A DNA stretch of 64,000 nt, taken from contig NIVC01003006.1 of assembly GCA_002269645.1 (NCBI GenBank), forward strand, positions 1 through 64,000. The letters run 5' to 3'. Below the pieces are notes generated by a model. It made no database searches and was not told the DNA's origin. It worked only from the letters and a program-made list of their open reading frames with translations. The stretch comes from Macrostomum lignano (lineage: Eukaryota). Positions 62,818 through 64,000 of the stretch are shown here, in pieces (the first letter of the stretch is position 1; each line of letters opens with the position of its first letter). The position numbers were made by a program, and so were the translations under genes.

Positions 62818-63242
62818 CTACTTTCCACTGCCGGGCATGTAGCGCAGGTACTGCTTGCCGGAGGGCAGATCCCTGACCTGGGTGCCAGCCGGCGGGGTCT
62901 TGATAGACGGCGGCACGATGCAATCGTCGCCGGAGCGCCAGTTCACCGGCGTGGCAAAGCCGTTCTTAGCAGTCAGCTGGATGCTGTCGATAGCGCGCAG
63001 AATCTCGTCGAAATTGCGCCCAGTGGTGGCCGGGTACAGGATGGACATCTTGAGCTTCTTGTCCGCCCGATGAGGAACACGGTGCGGGCTGGCAGCGGCA
63101 GGCCCTCCTTGCCGATCTCGTTGGGGTCGAGCATCTGCAGCTGGACGGCCAGCTCGCGGCTCTTGTCGGCGATGATTGGGTAGGGCAGCGGCCGGCTGCA
63201 GTCCGTGGCACCGGACACGTGCATCACGTCCTTGGACCAGGC
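62818..63242 (-). CDS. PRDX6: 1-Cys peroxiredoxin (PRDX6), last exon; frameshift near 63070; upstream exons not seen in the window
   Basis: AWSKDV...LPYPIIADKSRELAVQLQMLDPNEIGKEGLPLPARTVFLIG-DKKLKMSILYPATTGRNFDEILRAIDSIQLTAK...ATPVNW..GD...LPSGKQYLRYMP; acceptor AAAAG at 63243-63244. Confidence 0.95.
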
Positions 63243-63404
63243 CTTTTGGGTTTTGATGAAAAGGCGTTTATAGTGACCGTTTTTTGCCCAAAAATCAATT
63301 CAAATTGAAATGATTAATTTGTTCTTGAACCAACCGGAGAATTGCCTATCAACCGTCCATCGAAAATCGTTCTTTATCTACTGTTAGAATCGCCTAATCC
63401 CACC

Positions 63405-63700
63405 TCCAGAGAATCGCCTCTAAACCACCCAGAGAATCGCCTCTAAACCACCCAGAGAATCGCCCCTGAACCACCCGAAGAAAAGCCTCTAAACCACCTA
63501 GAGAATCTTCCTAAAGCACCCGGAGAATCGCCCCTAAACCACCCAGAGAATCGCCCCTAAACCACCCAGAGAATCGCCCCTAAACCACCCAGAGAATCGC
63601 CCCTAAACCACCCAGAGAATCGCCTTTTAAACTAACTACCCAGAGAATCGCCTTTTAAACTAACTACCCAGAGAATCGCCGCTAAACCACCCGAGAAAAT
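63405..63700. repeat. 23-bp minisatellite (CCACCCAGAGAATCGCCCCTAAA) in a PRDX6 intron
   Basis: Direct reading. Confidence 0.88.
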
Positions 63701-64000
63701 GCTTTAAGACCTAAGATAATAGGAGTAAAAAGCATAAAAAATGTCGCTCTGAATCCGGTAACATAATATTATTAAAGCTTGTTCAGAGTATTAATATACT
63801 CACTCTTATCGCGCCTAAACAAAAAGATGATCAAGCACCAGCACGCCTTGCCTATAGGCTTATCAATTGTTGGACCCGATAACAAGGCTTAAGAGTCAGA
63901 GTACCAAAGTTAAAGACTTACTTAAGTTAACGAAGTTGCTTTTTCTTATCAATAATATTTTATTGCGTAAAAGCGCTAGACTGGACCTAAAATCTATGTC

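Noticed and set aside
57277-63242. Pseudogenisation or programmed frameshifting in RBM12-like, PRDX6 and GPCR exons
   Set aside because: Isolated single-base indels in otherwise conserved exons of several unrelated genes fit long-read consensus error better; this needs short-read or RNA-seq confirmation.

Overview
Eukaryotic (metazoan) genomic DNA: GC-rich exons with GT-AG introns packed with minisatellites and transposon debris. By inference it resembles a free-living flatworm such as Macrostomum; this is not verified. Six host genes are recognisable: a divergent class A GPCR (+, two exons seen), KLHL8-like BTB-Kelch (-), ALG1 beta-1,4-mannosyltransferase (-), an otopetrin (+), an RBM12-like RRM protein (+) and the last exon of 1-Cys peroxiredoxin PRDX6 (-). 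Several exons carry single-base frameshifts, more likely long-read consensus errors than pseudogenisation. The most interesting structure is in the 8.1 kb GPCR intron: two diverged, 5'-truncated Penelope-like retroelements (RT + GIY-YIG) lie antisense and in tandem. Each carries a minimal type I hammerhead ribozyme in its 3' end and ends exactly at a (TC)n/(GA)n microsatellite, and a near-identical 389 bp block plus microsatellite is duplicated around one copy. Other features: a decayed mariner, two tRNA-derived SINE families (one CORE-like, whose A-box head has amplified into a minisatellite), several MITEs including a composite one, a 3.3 kb 33-bp satellite with higher-order structure, a 170 bp palindrome inserted in a Helitron-like end, and a roughly 11 kb CpG-depleted, TpA-rich domain of decayed repeats.
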